The notes: generated by a model from the letters alone, not told the origin. Positions 36,811 to 49,171 are shown, counted from the stretch's first letter. The stretch: 64,000 bases of DNA from Dictyostelium discoideum (GCA_000004695.1 CM000153.2:3520001-3584000); one strand, 5' to 3'. Numbers and translations: made by a program.

Positions 36811-37996
36811 AAAAATTAATATATATATATATAATTTTTCCCCGATTTTTTTTTAAAAAAAAAAAAAAACAATATTAAATAAACTTACTTTTTTGAATTA
36901 TAATTCATTTCTGGATCAAATTGTGTAATTAAAAATGGTAAAAATGTTGAATATTCAATGATTATGGAAGAACTTTGATCGGATGGGAACTTACCTTCAG
37001 AAGAAGAGAAAGTATCAGCAACAGTTGCTGTTGCATAAATTACGGGTATGGTTGAAGAGGTGATATTGGCATGAGTCCAAATTGATGATAGAAATGATCT
37101 AGTTGGAATACGAATGAATATTGTATCACCCTTTGAAATTGATAATTTATTTGCTAAATTCTCTTGAACGTAAACTGTACCCTGTGGTGGAGCATCCAAT
37201 TTCCAATCACGACCTAATCCCATCCTCTTTTCACGTGCAGTATCAATCACAAACATCGATGCTTTACTTGCTACTGAATTACTACAAACTGATTCGAAAC
37301 AGTATGGTTCACATTGATTTGGCTCATCATGATATTTCCAAAGATTATCATTTGGATTTGTGTTACCGTTTGGACACGACTTTGCACTAACCACACTAAC
37401 AGTCCCATCGACTCTTGGTGAATGGTAACTATCATCTACTTCTTCTAATTCATATTGATTATTATTATTATTATCATCAAAATAACTTCCATTTGGTTCT
37501 TTATATGTACCAGCTAATAACTCTGATAACATTGTATAATTTAATTGATCTGATAATGTCCATGAACCAGGTGTCAACACCATATCCATTTCACCAACAC
37601 TTGCTTCTGACAAACTTAGGAATACCACTGGTGTGTTGGTGATGATGGAAACACATAGTGACACTATAAACACTACCAAGAAGCATGCGGAAAATCCTAA
37701 CAAATAGGATAACTTATTACGTAGATTGATTCTTAATGTATGTGAAAAGAAATGTTTCCAATGGTAGAGTAATGTTCTAAACCAATTCACTATCTTCACT
37801 TTTACTGTATCACCATTTATTGCATTTGATATACCCTTGAATTTACCATAAGGTTTACTTGATATTTTCTTCTTAATTTTACCATTGTCATCATAATTAT
37901 CTTTATTTTTTAAAAATGTTTGTTCTTCTGAATTTTCTATAAATTCATCAAAACTATCGCTACTACTACTACTACCATTACTTTTATTTATTTTTA

Positions 37997-38036
<40 letters not shown>

Positions 38037-38120
38037 ATCTCTTGATTTTATAAAATCATCATCTTCTTCATCATCATTATTATTTATAGATTGATATTTA
38101 TTATTCCTTTTATTTGTCAT
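34545..38120 (-). CDS. Double MacB/FtsX-type permease-domain membrane protein, paralogue A, about 1151 aa. This is the divergent copy. Exons complement(36889..38120) and complement(34545..36768).
   Basis: A GTAAGT donor (36888) and a poly-A+G acceptor (36769) join in phase 2: ..EMNYNSK|N|YISKINFYDYSKQVII... The N-terminal module is ..KLSYLLGFSACFLVVFIVSL (TM1), a large ectodomain, then LYIAVTIN...; the FtsX core is LNMFFMLLIAMLL..MGVMRMIGTTRNGII. The C-terminal module is IKNLIAHKLRNRKTAIMYAVSLAFIIF (TM5), a second ectodomain, then the FtsX core EIGVLCALGIPKSW. Confidence 0.75.
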
Positions 38121-39538
38121 TATTTTTTGGTTTCTATTTTTTTGTTTCTTTTTTTAATAGTAATATATATACATATATAAAACTATTTTTTATTGTTTAT
38201 TTTAATCTTTTTTTATTTTTTTTAGGATTTTTGAAAAAATTTAAAAAAAAAAAAAAAAAAATTTAAAGATTATGTCAGTGAAATTTTGGTGGTGTTATTT
38301 GTATTTAATTAAAAAATTTGTGTGGTATAAATTCTGGAAAAAAAAAAAAAAAAATTAAAATAAAATTTAAAAAAATAATAATAAAAAAAAAAAAAAAAAC
38401 TAATAATATAAATGGGGTATATTAATAATTGTAACACTTTCAGATATGTAAAAAGTAATAACACTGAAAAAAAAAAAAAAAAAAAAAAAAATTAGGAAAA
38501 ATAAATTGAAAACTTAAAAAAAAAAAATAAAAAATAAAAAAATAAAAAAATAAAAAAAAATCTTTTAATTTTTTTAATTGTAACCATGATCCAATAATCT
38601 CTAAATTTTTTTTTTTTTTTTTTTTTTTTTGGTATCGTTTTCTAATTATTTGTTTTAGATGACCACCTGTCATTTCCTTCAGATTGCAATCAATAATTAA
38701 AATCAGATTATTAAAAAAAAAAAAATAAATAATATAAAATAAAATAAAATAAAATAAAATAAAATAAAATAAAATAAAATAAAATAAAAACATCAAAAAA
38801 TAAAACTGAAAATAATTAAAATATTTTTTATATTTTTTTTTTTTTTTTTTTTATAAAATTGATAAACAATTTAATTAACAAACAATTTTTTTTTTTTTTA
38901 TTCACTTACAATTTTATTTTTGCACACCACTTTTTCTTTTTATTTTGGCCTAAAATTATAAAAAAAATATCTTTTTTAAAAAAGATTTTTACATTTTTTT
39001 TTTTATTTTTTTTTTCTTTTTTTTCTTTTTATTTTTTTATTTTTAATTTTTTTTTTTTCAATTCATTTCATTTCCATTATTTCTTTAAACTTATTTTTTT
39101 TTTAATATAACCCTTTTTATTAAATATTTGTAAACAATGAATCAATTAGGTATGTTTTAAGACTTTTATTTTTTTATTTATTTTTATTTTTATTTTTTTT
39201 TATTATCATTATTTTCTTTAAAATATTACTAACCATAAATTTATTTCTATAGGATCCGGACCAACAAAACAAGGAGTTGCAACAAATACAGGTTCAACTG
39301 GAACTACTAAAAATAATAGCAACCTTAGTGGAAAAGGTTGGGTTCTTTAGGTTTTTTGATGATCTTTTCTTTATTGTGAAATTACTTACCATCATCAATT
39401 TTTGTTGATTGATCAAAAAAAAAAAAAAAAAAAAAAAAAGTATGCAAATTACTTTTATAAATATATTTTTAGAATATTTCAAGTTTTCTAATCAAAACAT
39501 AGTTTTTTTTTTTTTGTATTTTAGAATTAATGTATAGA

Positions 39539-39593
<55 letters not shown>

Positions 39594-39920
39594 CCAATAA
39601 ATAACAGAACATTTCTAATTCATTATTGAAAAAAATATAAAAAAAGTAATCAAATGAATATAATATAAGGTATAATTTTAATATTAGTTTTAATCTTAAA
39701 TTTTTTTTTTTTCCAATTAATATTCACAATCAAATTTATATTTAAAAAATAAAAACAGTAAATTTGGAAACAAATCAAAAGAAATAAATTTGTTTTTTGT
39801 TTTTTTTTTAAATAGTTTTATTTTAAATAATAAAAATAATAAAATAAAAAAAAAGTAATAATTAAATCTTTCAGTTCTTTTATTTTACTTTTTATTTTAC
39901 TTTTTTTTTTTTAAAAAAAA

Positions 39921-42900
39921 TTAATCTTTTAAAACTGTTATGATTGATTGTTTTAATAAATGTCTAATTGGAGAAATTACAGAAATGATTGAGACAATTA
40001 AAGATGAAATAAAGAGTATAGGAATTAATTCCCATTGAATTGAAAATGGTATAATTTGTTGATCCATCATTGATTGTTTTAATAGAATAATATAGCTAAT
40101 GAAAAGACCAATAATAATACCAATTATACAACTACCAAATGAAAGTGTAAAAGCTTCGATAATATAGATTTTATAGATTTTAAAATTTGATAAACCAATT
40201 GATCTTAGAATACCAATTTCTTTTGATTGATTTTTAATACTTGTAAACATTGATGAAATTAATGAAAATGATGATATTATTATAGAGATTACTGTTGCGA
40301 AATCAAACAATAATGAATTTAATTTATCTGAACTGTTTGATGAATCTTTATATCTAATTATATATGGACTTTCAGAGTTTTTATTAAATAAACAATTTTT
40401 TGAAATTTTATATTGTAAAGAATCGATTTTATCGTCATCTAATGATTTTGGTTTAATTAAAATTAAATTAACTGGTATATTCCTAACTGAATCAATATTA
40501 CCACCTGATAATCCGACATATGCTGGAAAAGAAGTAATTACACTTTGAGTAAGATCTTCATCCGGAATTTCAGATACACTAAATGTACCTGCAGTTTTTA
40601 AATATGCTAATGGTTTCACTATATTTCTACCCATCCAGTTGAATGTTACATTATGTTTTTGACTTCGACCTGATGAATAATCTATTCTTCTATAGTTATT
40701 AATTTCAATATAATTTGATAATATAAATTCATCTGGTCCACCTTTTTCATCAAGATACATTAATTTCTTTTGAGATTGAGTTAATATTAATTTATTCATT
40801 GAATCTTTGCTATATAAAATCGTTGATAAATCAGTCATATCACCATTTTGATTAAAATCAACATCTTTATCAGTTTTTAAATTTTTTGAAACTGATGAAA
40901 CTTGAAAATAATCTTCCATTATTTCACTGAAATAAGTTGGGCCAACTGCATGTAATGATGATTTTAATGTTACACTTCTAGCAAAATCAGAAACATATGA
41001 TTTCTTATCATCGGGTTGAGAAAATTCACTAAATTTCATTGATCTTAATGAATAACTATCTAATTCATCATTATTTTCATCATCTAATATACGATCTAAA
41101 CATAGAGTTATATTTGATAAATCTTCTCTGGTGATAAAGGAACCAGTTTCAATCTTTAAAAGTGAACCAAACGATTGTTTCTCATTAGCATTTGCAGTTT
41201 CAACTTGAATTAAATATAAACAATTAATTATAATTATTAAAGATACTGAAACACCAAACATAAACATTGTACTTTTATTCTTTTTCTTGTGAGAAATTAA
41301 ATTTTTATATAAAATTATTCTGATTATATTTTTTGCAAAAGGATCTATTAAAGTAATAATGTAAACTAATGTTTTTGAAATGATTAAATGGAAATTCATC
41401 ATTAAGAAAATTGCTGATATTAAAACTAAAATTAACAATCCAAATAATAATGCTAATAATGAACTAAAATTACCAGATAATAATAATTTTGGTAATAAAA
41501 TACAACCAACTATACCTAAAGCGCTTAATGACAAACCAATCCATGATAAATACTTTCTATATTCTGAATCAGTTGAATCTTTATCAATTGTTGTAATTTG
41601 ATGTGATGATGATATATTTGATCTACTAGTATCCAATTGCTCACCTAATGAAAAACTTAATGCTTTTCTAATTGGTAATATCAATGATACCATTGGTATT
41701 AGAAAACCAAGTAAAATTGAATAAACAATTGAATCTACTGTTAAATAATTTGAAATTTCATCTGAATTTGTAAAACGTTTTAATTGATCTATAATTATAA
41801 ATAAAAAGATTTGAGAAATTATTAAACCTAATATAATTGATGGGACTGTGAATATTATTGTTTTTGAAACTATTAGCTCGATGATGAAACTAAATTTAGC
41901 ACCTAACATTCTAAATACACCGTTATTAAATGTCATTGAATCCACATCAATCATTAATGTTGTATAAATTAAAAGAATTGATAATAAAAGGAATACAAAA
42001 ACTATTAAATTTAATAATTGACCTAAATTACTTGAAACTTCGTTACTCTTGTATAATTCAGTCATTATTGGTGTTGAAATATCAACTCTACCAACACCAA
42101 TTTTGTAAACTAATTTCGAGGCAACTTTATTTACTCTTTGTAAAGTTTTATCTAAATCTGTACCATAATACATTGGCAATCTGGGGGATGGAAATTTCAT
42201 AACTATATTTTCAACATATTCTTTTATATTTTTATTTTTCATTAAATCTACATTCCATGTTGGATTTACTTGTTCAACCATTGAATCATAGAATGAGTCA
42301 ATATCTATTAAAACTGATGGTATTATCTCACCCAATTCGAAACCTAGTTCAAATGGATTCTCTGTATTATTGAAAAATCCATTAACTTTTAATTTTGTTA
42401 TTATATATGGTGATTTTTCAATTTGAGTTGTTGAAATCATTGAATCTGTTAATAATGTTGATAATAATCTAACTGCTGGTACTATTATAAAAATTTCATC
42501 ACCAACATTTGCATGGATTGATTGAGCAAGTGATTCTATAATTAAACATGTTCCTTTTGGTTGTGATCCATAACCAAATGTTGATTTTATACCCATATCA
42601 TTCTCTTTTTTAAAATCTAGTAATTGGAAACCCATAAATACATGATTTCCTTCACCACTACATCTATTAATAAAACAAGTGCTCTCTGTGCAATTTAAAC
42701 CACTCCCATTTGAAAAGTATCTTGATTCAATATTATCTTGTACAACTTTTTCACAATAACTTACTGGATATCCATATGTATCTATAAAATTAAATCTTGG
42801 TGAATTATTTTTAAAAAAACTATTTTTATTACTAATACCACTACCACTATATAATCCATGGGTATTCTTTTCATCAGCTCCAACTCTATTATCATCTTTT

Positions 42901-43643
42901 ATTTCTCTAGTTGTATCATTTAAAATTTGATCAAATAATGTATAATTTAATCTTATAGTAAAACCTTTTTCTAAATCTATTGAAAGTTGTTGTTTTCCTG
43001 ATATTATTAAATCTATATGATTAGCATCAGAATCTGCTTTACTTAAAAATATTAATGATATATTTGATAATACTGATAAACCAGTTGCAACTAAAATTAC
43101 TACTAAAAAACATGATATAAAACCAATACTATAATTCAATTTACTCCTTTTAATACCATTTATTGAATATTTAATTATTGAAAACCATTCTCCAATAGTT
43201 GTATTAAATCCAATATTTGTTAAATTTATTTGAATCTTTTTTAAAATAAATCCAAAATATTTTAAAAATTCTAAACTTCCAAAAATTAATATTATAAAAA
43301 ATTCCAAAAAAACAAAAATTCCTTCAATTATTATTTTAAGTTTATTGAAAAAATAATTCTCTTTTTTAATATTATTATTATTATTATTATTTATATTATC
43401 ATCATAATAATAAATATTGTCACCTTGACAATCATTTTCAAGTGATCCTTTTAAAATTGATAATTCAATTGGGTCACATTCACCAACACTCTCTCTCCAT
43501 TTATTATAAAATTTTTTATTAATTAAAATTGGATCATTCTCATTCCTATTATTTATAGAACTCTTTAAAATTGAACTATTTTCATTGATGATACTATAAT
43601 CACCATCATCATTATCATTCCCACTTGATTCATAATTATACAT
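39921..43643 (-). CDS. Double MacB/FtsX-type permease-domain membrane protein, paralogue B. Single exon, 1240 aa.
   Basis: Uninterrupted ORF. Two tandem modules, each with an N-terminal Arg/Lys-rich amphipathic stretch plus TM (INGIKRSKLNYSIGFISCFLVVILVATG; RIILYKNLISHKKKNKSTMFMFGVSVSLIII), a large MacB-periplasmic-like ectodomain (GDEIFIIVPA..), and a 3-TM FtsX core with the signature loop (NNGVFRMLGAKFSF; EIGILRSIGLSNFKIYKIYIIEAFTLS). About 90% nucleotide identity to paralogues C and D. Confidence 0.8.
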   Translation of the reverse strand: MYNYESSGNDNDDGDYSIINENSSILKSSINNRNENDPILINKKFYNKWRESVGECDPIELSILKGSLENDCQGDNIYYYDDNINNNNNNNIKKENYFFNKLKIIIEGIFVFLEFFIILIFGSLEFLKYFGFILKKIQINLTNIGFNTTIGEWFSIIKYSINGIKRSKLNYSIGFISCFLVVILVATGLSVLSNISLIFLSKADSDANHIDLIISGKQQLSIDLEKGFTIRLNYTLFDQILNDTTREIKDDNRVGADEKNTHGLYSGSGISNKNSFFKNNSPRFNFIDTYGYPVSYCEKVVQDNIESRYFSNGSGLNCTESTCFINRCSGEGNHVFMGFQLLDFKKENDMGIKSTFGYGSQPKGTCLIIESLAQSIHANVGDEIFIIVPAVRLLSTLLTDSMISTTQIEKSPYIITKLKVNGFFNNTENPFELGFELGEIIPSVLIDIDSFYDSMVEQVNPTWNVDLMKNKNIKEYVENIVMKFPSPRLPMYYGTDLDKTLQRVNKVASKLVYKIGVGRVDISTPIMTELYKSNEVSSNLGQLLNLIVFVFLLLSILLIYTTLMIDVDSMTFNNGVFRMLGAKFSFIIELIVSKTIIFTVPSIILGLIISQIFLFIIIDQLKRFTNSDEISNYLTVDSIVYSILLGFLIPMVSLILPIRKALSFSLGEQLDTSRSNISSSHQITTIDKDSTDSEYRKYLSWIGLSLSALGIVGCILLPKLLLSGNFSSLLALLFGLLILVLISAIFLMMNFHLIISKTLVYIITLIDPFAKNIIRIILYKNLISHKKKNKSTMFMFGVSVSLIIIINCLYLIQVETANANEKQSFGSLLKIETGSFITREDLSNITLCLDRILDDENNDELDSYSLRSMKFSEFSQPDDKKSYVSDFARSVTLKSSLHAVGPTYFSEIMEDYFQVSSVSKNLKTDKDVDFNQNGDMTDLSTILYSKDSMNKLILTQSQKKLMYLDEKGGPDEFILSNYIEINNYRRIDYSSGRSQKHNVTFNWMGRNIVKPLAYLKTAGTFSVSEIPDEDLTQSVITSFPAYVGLSGGNIDSVRNIPVNLILIKPKSLDDDKIDSLQYKISKNCLFNKNSESPYIIRYKDSSNSSDKLNSLLFDFATVISIIISSFSLISSMFTSIKNQSKEIGILRSIGLSNFKIYKIYIIEAFTLSFGSCIIGIIIGLFISYIILLKQSMMDQQIIPFSIQWELIPILFISSLIVSIISVISPIRHLLKQSIITVLKD

Positions 43644-43651
43644 TTATCTGT

Positions 43652-43685
<34 letters not shown>

Positions 43686-43709
43686 GAAAATGGTTAGCAC
43701 TTCTTTCCG

Positions 43710-43743
<34 letters not shown>

Positions 43744-44496
43744 ACTGATTATTTTTTGACTTTTTTTTAAATTCTTTTATTTTTAATTCCCTAATTTTTT
43801 TTTTTTCTTTTATTTTTTTTTTTTCTATTTTTTTTTTTTTACTTTCTGATTATATTTTTTTTTTACTTTTTTTTTTTTTTACTTTCCGATTATTTTTTTT
43901 TTTTAAAAAAAAAAATAATTTATTGGTCTTTCAATTTTTTTTAAAAAGTAAAGAAAAAAAAAAAAAAAATAAGTGTAAAATTTAAAGTTTTACAAATGAT
44001 TGCAAATGTGTCTAGAAAATAAAAAAAAGAAAAAAAAAAAAAAAACGAAAATTAGTTTTGAAATAATCTTGTTTTTTAGGGATTTTCTTGAAAACACAAA
44101 AAACTATTAATCCCGAACCTTTAAAATTTTGAAAAATTAATTATTTTTTTTTTTTTTACTTTTATAATTATTGCTCCATTTTAAATCGATATTTTTATAT
44201 TTTTAGAAAAAAAAAAAAAAAATAAAAATAAAAGAATTAATAATGTAAAGAAAAAGCCAATTATAGATCAAGAGATTTGAGGGGAATGTTTTTTTTTTTT
44301 ATTATAATCATTTTTTTTATAAATTTCCTATTTTCTTGAAAAAAAAAAACTGCAAGGCACTGTAAAGAAAATTTTTTGGTCTGAGGAATAGTGTTTTATT
44401 TTTTTAATTTGGATTTTAATTAAAAAAAAATAAAAATAAAAATAAAAAAAATAATAAAAGCCTGGAAGAATTTGGACAATCACTTTGTGGTTCCAG

Positions 44497-44567
44497 AAAA
44501 AACTATATCATAAATTATAAAAAAAACCTCAGAAGATACAAGGAAATTCTTTGAAGATCCAATCACT

Positions 44568-44608
<41 letters not shown>

Positions 44609-44733
44609 ATAATTATCCATAAAATACAATAAAACAAATAAAATATTTTTATTCTTAATTTTTTGAAAATCTTCAAGGAATTTCCTTGTATCTTCTCAGA
44701 GGTTCTTTTTATAATTTATAATATAGTTTTTTT
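44497..44733. repeat. Inverted repeat of about 60-65 bp arms (about 44497-44558 and 44667-44733) flanking a spacer of about 108 bp that is mostly poly(A). It is a hairpin or MITE-like element.
   Basis: The left arm is aaaaaactatatcataaattataaaaaaaacctcagaagatacaaggaaattctttgaagat. The reverse complement of the right arm is aaaaaactatattataaattataaaaagaacctctgagaagatacaaggaaattccttgaagat, which differs by only about 5 mismatches. It lies immediately 3' of the paralogue C stop codon. Confidence 0.7.
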
Positions 44734-44750
44734 TTTTTTTTTTAAAGAAA

Positions 44751-47700
44751 TTAATCTTTTAAAACTGTAATAATTGGTTGTTTTAATAAATGTCTAATTG
44801 GAGAAAATACAGAAATGATTGAGACAATTAAAGATGAAATGAAGAGTATAGGAATTAATTCCCATTGAATTGAAAATGGTATAATTTGTTGATTCATAAC
44901 TGATTGTTCCAATAGAATTGTATAGCTAATGAAAAGACCAATAATAATACCAATTATACAACTACCAAATGAAAGTGTAAAAGCTTCGATAATATAGATT
45001 TTATAGATTTTAAAATTTGATAAACCAATTGATCTTAGAATACCAATTTCTTTTGATTGATTTTTAATACTTGTAAACATTGATGAAATTAATGAAAATG
45101 ATGATATAATCATTGAGAGTACAGTTGCAAAATCAAAGAATAATGAATTTAATTTATCTGAACTATTTGATGAATCTTTATATCTAATTATATATGGACT
45201 TTCAGAGTTTTTATTAAATAAACAAGTTTCTGAAATTTTATATTGTAATGAATCAATTAAATCGTCATCTAATGATTTTGGTTTTAATAAAATTACGCTA
45301 ACTGGTATATTCCTAACTGAATCAATATTACCACCTGATAATCCGACATATGCTGGAAAAGAAGTAATTACACTTTGAGTAAGATCTTCATCCGGAATTT
45401 CAGATACACTAAATGTACCTGCAGTTTTTAAATATGCTAATGGTTTCATTACATTTCGACCAATCCAATTGAAGGTTACATTTTGTTGTTGATTTTTACC
45501 AGATGGATCAATTTTTGTATAATTATTAATTTCAATATAATTTGATAAAAGAAATTCATCTGGACCACCTTTTTCATCAAGATACATTAATTTCTTTTGA
45601 GATTGAGTTAATATTAATTTATTCATTGAATCTTTACTATATAAAATCGTTGATAAATCAGTCATATCACCATTTTGATTAAAATCAACATCTTTATCAG
45701 TTTTTAAATTTTTTGAAACTGATGAAACTTGAAAATAATCTTCCATTAATTCACTGAAATAAGTTGGACCAACTGCCCATAGTGATGATTTTAAAGTTTT
45801 AGTTTTAGCAAGATCAGAAACAATTGATTTCTTATCAGGTTGAGAAAATTCACTAAATTCCATTGACCTTAATGAATAACTATCCAAACCATTATTTTCA
45901 TCATCGATTATTCGATCTAAACATTGAGTTATATTTGATAAATCTTCCCTTTTTATAAAGGTACTGGTTTCAATCTTTAAAAGTGAACCAAAGTATTGTT
46001 TATTTGAAGCATTTGAAATTTCAACTTGAACTAAAAATAAACAATTAATTATAATTATTAAAGATACTGAAACACCAAACATAAACATTGTACTTTTATT
46101 CTTTTTCTTGTGAGAAATTAAATTTTTATATAAAATTATTCTAATAATATTTTTTGCAAAAGGATCTATTAAAGTAATAAGGTAAACTAATGTTTTTGAA
46201 ATGATTAAATGGAAATTCATCATTAAGAAAATTGCTGATATTAAAACTAAAATTAACAATCCAAATAATAATGCTAATAATGAACTAAAATTACCAGATA
46301 ATAATAATTTTGGTAATAAAAAACAACCAACTATACCTAAGGCGCTTAATGATAAACCAATCAATGATACAAACTTTCTATATTCTGAATCAGTTGAATC
46401 TTTATCAATTGTTGTAATTTGATGTGATGATGATATATTTGATCTACTAGTATCCAATTGCTCACCTAATGAAAAACTTAATGCTTTTCTAATTGGTAAT
46501 ATCAATGATACCATTGGTATTAGAAAACCAAGTAAAATTGAATAAACAATTGAATCTACTGTTAAATAATTTGAAATTTCATCTGAATTTGTAAAACGTT
46601 TTAATTGATCTATAATTATAAATAAAAAGATTTGAGAAATTATTAAACCTAATATAATTGATGGGACTGTGAATATTATTGTTTTTGAAACTATTAGCTC
46701 GATGATGAAACTAAATTTAGCACCTAACATTCTAAATACACCGTTATTAAATGTCATTGAATCCACATCAATCATTAATGTTGTATAAATTAAAAGAATT
46801 GATAATAAAAGGAATACAAAAACTATTAAATTTAATAATTGACCTAAATTACTTGAAACTTCGTTACTCTTGTATAATTCAGTCATTACTGGTGTTGAAA
46901 TATCAACTCTACCAACACCAATTTTGTAAATTAATTTTGAAGTAAATTCACTAACTCTTTGTAAAGTTTTATCTAAATCTGTACCATAATACATTGATAA
47001 TCTTGGTGATGGAAATTTCATAACTATATATTCGACATATTCTTTAATATTTCTATTTTTCATTAAATCTACATTCCATGATGGATTTACTTGTTCAACC
47101 ATTGAATCATAGAATGAGTCAATATCTATTAATATCGATGGTATTGTTTCACCCAATTCGAAACCTAGTTCATATGGATTCTCTGTATTATTGAAAAATC
47201 CATTAACTTTTAATTTTGTTATTATATATGGTGATTTTTCAATTTGAGTTGTTGAAATCATTGAATCTGTTAATAATGTTGATAATAATTCCACTGCTGG
47301 TACTATTATAAAAATTTCATCACCAATCTTTAATTCTGTTGCTTTAGCCAATAATTCTACCATTAAACATGTACCCTTTGGTTGTGATCCATAACCAAAT
47401 GTTGATTTTATACCCATATCATTCTCTTTTTTAAAATCTAGTAATTGGAAACCCATATATACATGTTCTCCATCACCACCGCATCTATTAATAAAACAAG
47501 TACTCTCTGTGCAATTTAAATCACTACCATTTGAAAAGTACCTTGCTTCAATATTATTTTCAACAATGTTTTCACAATAATTTACGGGATATCCATATGT
47601 ATCTATCATATGAAATCTTGGTGAATTATTTTTAAAATTTTTTTTTTTACTTCCACCACTACTTGAACTCTGGATTATAGTTTCACTAGCTCCAGCACTA

Positions 47701-48383
47701 TTTTCACCTTTTATTTCTATATTCTCTATTTTTTCAAAATTTAAAATTGCATTATTTAAAATTTTATCAAATAATGTATAATTTAATCTTATAGTAAAAC
47801 CTTTATCTAAATCTATTGACTGATGTTGTTTTCCTGATATTATTAAATCTATATGATTAGCATCAGAATCTGCTTTACTTAAAAATATTAATGATATATT
47901 TGATAATACTGATAAACCAGTTGCAACTAAAATTACTACTAAAAAACATGATATAAAACCAATACTATAATTTAATTTACTCCTTTTAATACCATTTATT
48001 GAATATTTAATTATTGAAAACCATTCTTCAATAATTGTATTAAATCCAATATTTTTTAAATTTATTTTAATTTTTTTTAAAATTAATCCAAAAAATTTAA
48101 ATTCTTTTTTTAAAAATTCCAAAGCTCCAATAATTATTGAGGTTAATAATTTAAAAAAATATAAAATTCCTTTGATTATTATTTTAAATTTATTATTTTT
48201 TTTAAAATGATAATCGTTACTGTCACAATCTTCATCAAATGATGTTAAAATTGCATAATTTTTAGTGATGGAATTATCGTCATCATCTCCATCCTCATCT
48301 TCATTACAGTTGTCATTTTCACTTGGTCCATAAAAATTATGCATTTCTATTCTTTTTTTTATTTTAAAATTATTGGTTAGCAT
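44751..48383 (-). CDS. Double MacB/FtsX-type permease-domain membrane protein, paralogue C. Single exon, 1210 aa; the start may alternatively be the second Met, MHNFYG.
   Basis: Same architecture as paralogue B, with long stretches identical at the nucleotide level. One sign of this is that the spurious antisense ORFs 41380..41601, 46201..46422 and 50727..50948 encode nearly the same peptide. Differences cluster in the acidic N-terminus and in a patch of ectodomain 1 (..GENSAGASETIIQSSSSGG.. versus ..DDNRVGADEKNTHGLYSGSGISN..). Confidence 0.8.
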   Translation of the reverse strand: MLTNNFKIKKRIEMHNFYGPSENDNCNEDEDGDDDDNSITKNYAILTSFDEDCDSNDYHFKKNNKFKIIIKGILYFFKLLTSIIIGALEFLKKEFKFFGLILKKIKINLKNIGFNTIIEEWFSIIKYSINGIKRSKLNYSIGFISCFLVVILVATGLSVLSNISLIFLSKADSDANHIDLIISGKQHQSIDLDKGFTIRLNYTLFDKILNNAILNFEKIENIEIKGENSAGASETIIQSSSSGGSKKKNFKNNSPRFHMIDTYGYPVNYCENIVENNIEARYFSNGSDLNCTESTCFINRCGGDGEHVYMGFQLLDFKKENDMGIKSTFGYGSQPKGTCLMVELLAKATELKIGDEIFIIVPAVELLSTLLTDSMISTTQIEKSPYIITKLKVNGFFNNTENPYELGFELGETIPSILIDIDSFYDSMVEQVNPSWNVDLMKNRNIKEYVEYIVMKFPSPRLSMYYGTDLDKTLQRVSEFTSKLIYKIGVGRVDISTPVMTELYKSNEVSSNLGQLLNLIVFVFLLLSILLIYTTLMIDVDSMTFNNGVFRMLGAKFSFIIELIVSKTIIFTVPSIILGLIISQIFLFIIIDQLKRFTNSDEISNYLTVDSIVYSILLGFLIPMVSLILPIRKALSFSLGEQLDTSRSNISSSHQITTIDKDSTDSEYRKFVSLIGLSLSALGIVGCFLLPKLLLSGNFSSLLALLFGLLILVLISAIFLMMNFHLIISKTLVYLITLIDPFAKNIIRIILYKNLISHKKKNKSTMFMFGVSVSLIIIINCLFLVQVEISNASNKQYFGSLLKIETSTFIKREDLSNITQCLDRIIDDENNGLDSYSLRSMEFSEFSQPDKKSIVSDLAKTKTLKSSLWAVGPTYFSELMEDYFQVSSVSKNLKTDKDVDFNQNGDMTDLSTILYSKDSMNKLILTQSQKKLMYLDEKGGPDEFLLSNYIEINNYTKIDPSGKNQQQNVTFNWIGRNVMKPLAYLKTAGTFSVSEIPDEDLTQSVITSFPAYVGLSGGNIDSVRNIPVSVILLKPKSLDDDLIDSLQYKISETCLFNKNSESPYIIRYKDSSNSSDKLNSLFFDFATVLSMIISSFSLISSMFTSIKNQSKEIGILRSIGLSNFKIYKIYIIEAFTLSFGSCIIGIIIGLFISYTILLEQSVMNQQIIPFSIQWELIPILFISSLIVSIISVFSPIRHLLKQPIITVLKD

Positions 48384-49135
48384 TTTTTTTTTTTTCTTAT
48401 CTAAAACTTAGATGTTATTTTTATTTTTATTTTTATTTTTATTTTGAAAGAAAATAATAATTTATAAAGTCTTTTCTTTTTTTTTTTATAATTAAAAAAA
48501 GAAAATAAATACAGCTTAAATTTTCATTTTATGTTGCTGACATTGCTTCATTGTAAACCTATCTTCATTTTCAAAAAAAGAAAAGGTGGCACTTCAAATA
48601 TTTTATTTTATTATAAAGAAAAAGATAAAAAACTATTGTCTGTCTGGCTTTTTTTAAGAACTAAGAAAAGTTTTTTGAAAATTTGGTTGATCTAGCCTTT
48701 TTTTTTTTTGTTATTTTTTGGTTTTTATGATAACGATCGAGAAAAAAAAAGTTGTTTATTTTCTAAAAAAAAAAAAAAAAACCAGGTGAGTCACAAGAAA
48801 ATTATGTTTGTGTGAAGGGAGTCCCTAAGAAAATAAAAGTTAAAAAAAAGAGGCGACAAACCCACCAGCGCGGCACAAAATTACTTTTCACTTTAGTTTT
48901 TTTGAAATTTGCATTTTTTTTTGATAAAGATTCAGAAAAAAAAAAATGTTTTTAAAAAAAAAAATGAAATGAAAATAAAAAAAATATATAAAAGCCTGGT
49001 AGAATTTGTATAATCAATAAAAGAAGTTCAGTTACATATAATGAAAAAATTATTTTTAAAACTTTTTACTTTTATTTTTAATTTTATTATTATTTTGATT
49101 TTAAAAAAAAAAAATTATTATCTGATTGTCTTAGG

Positions 49136-49171
<36 letters not shown>

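Noticed and set aside
41380-41601. Plus-strand ORFs 41380..41601, 46201..46422 and 50727..50948 encoding nearly the same 73-aa peptide
   Set aside because: They are antisense to the permease paralogues and are recovered three times only because the underlying genes are near-identical. Composition is A-rich low complexity. There is no independent signal.
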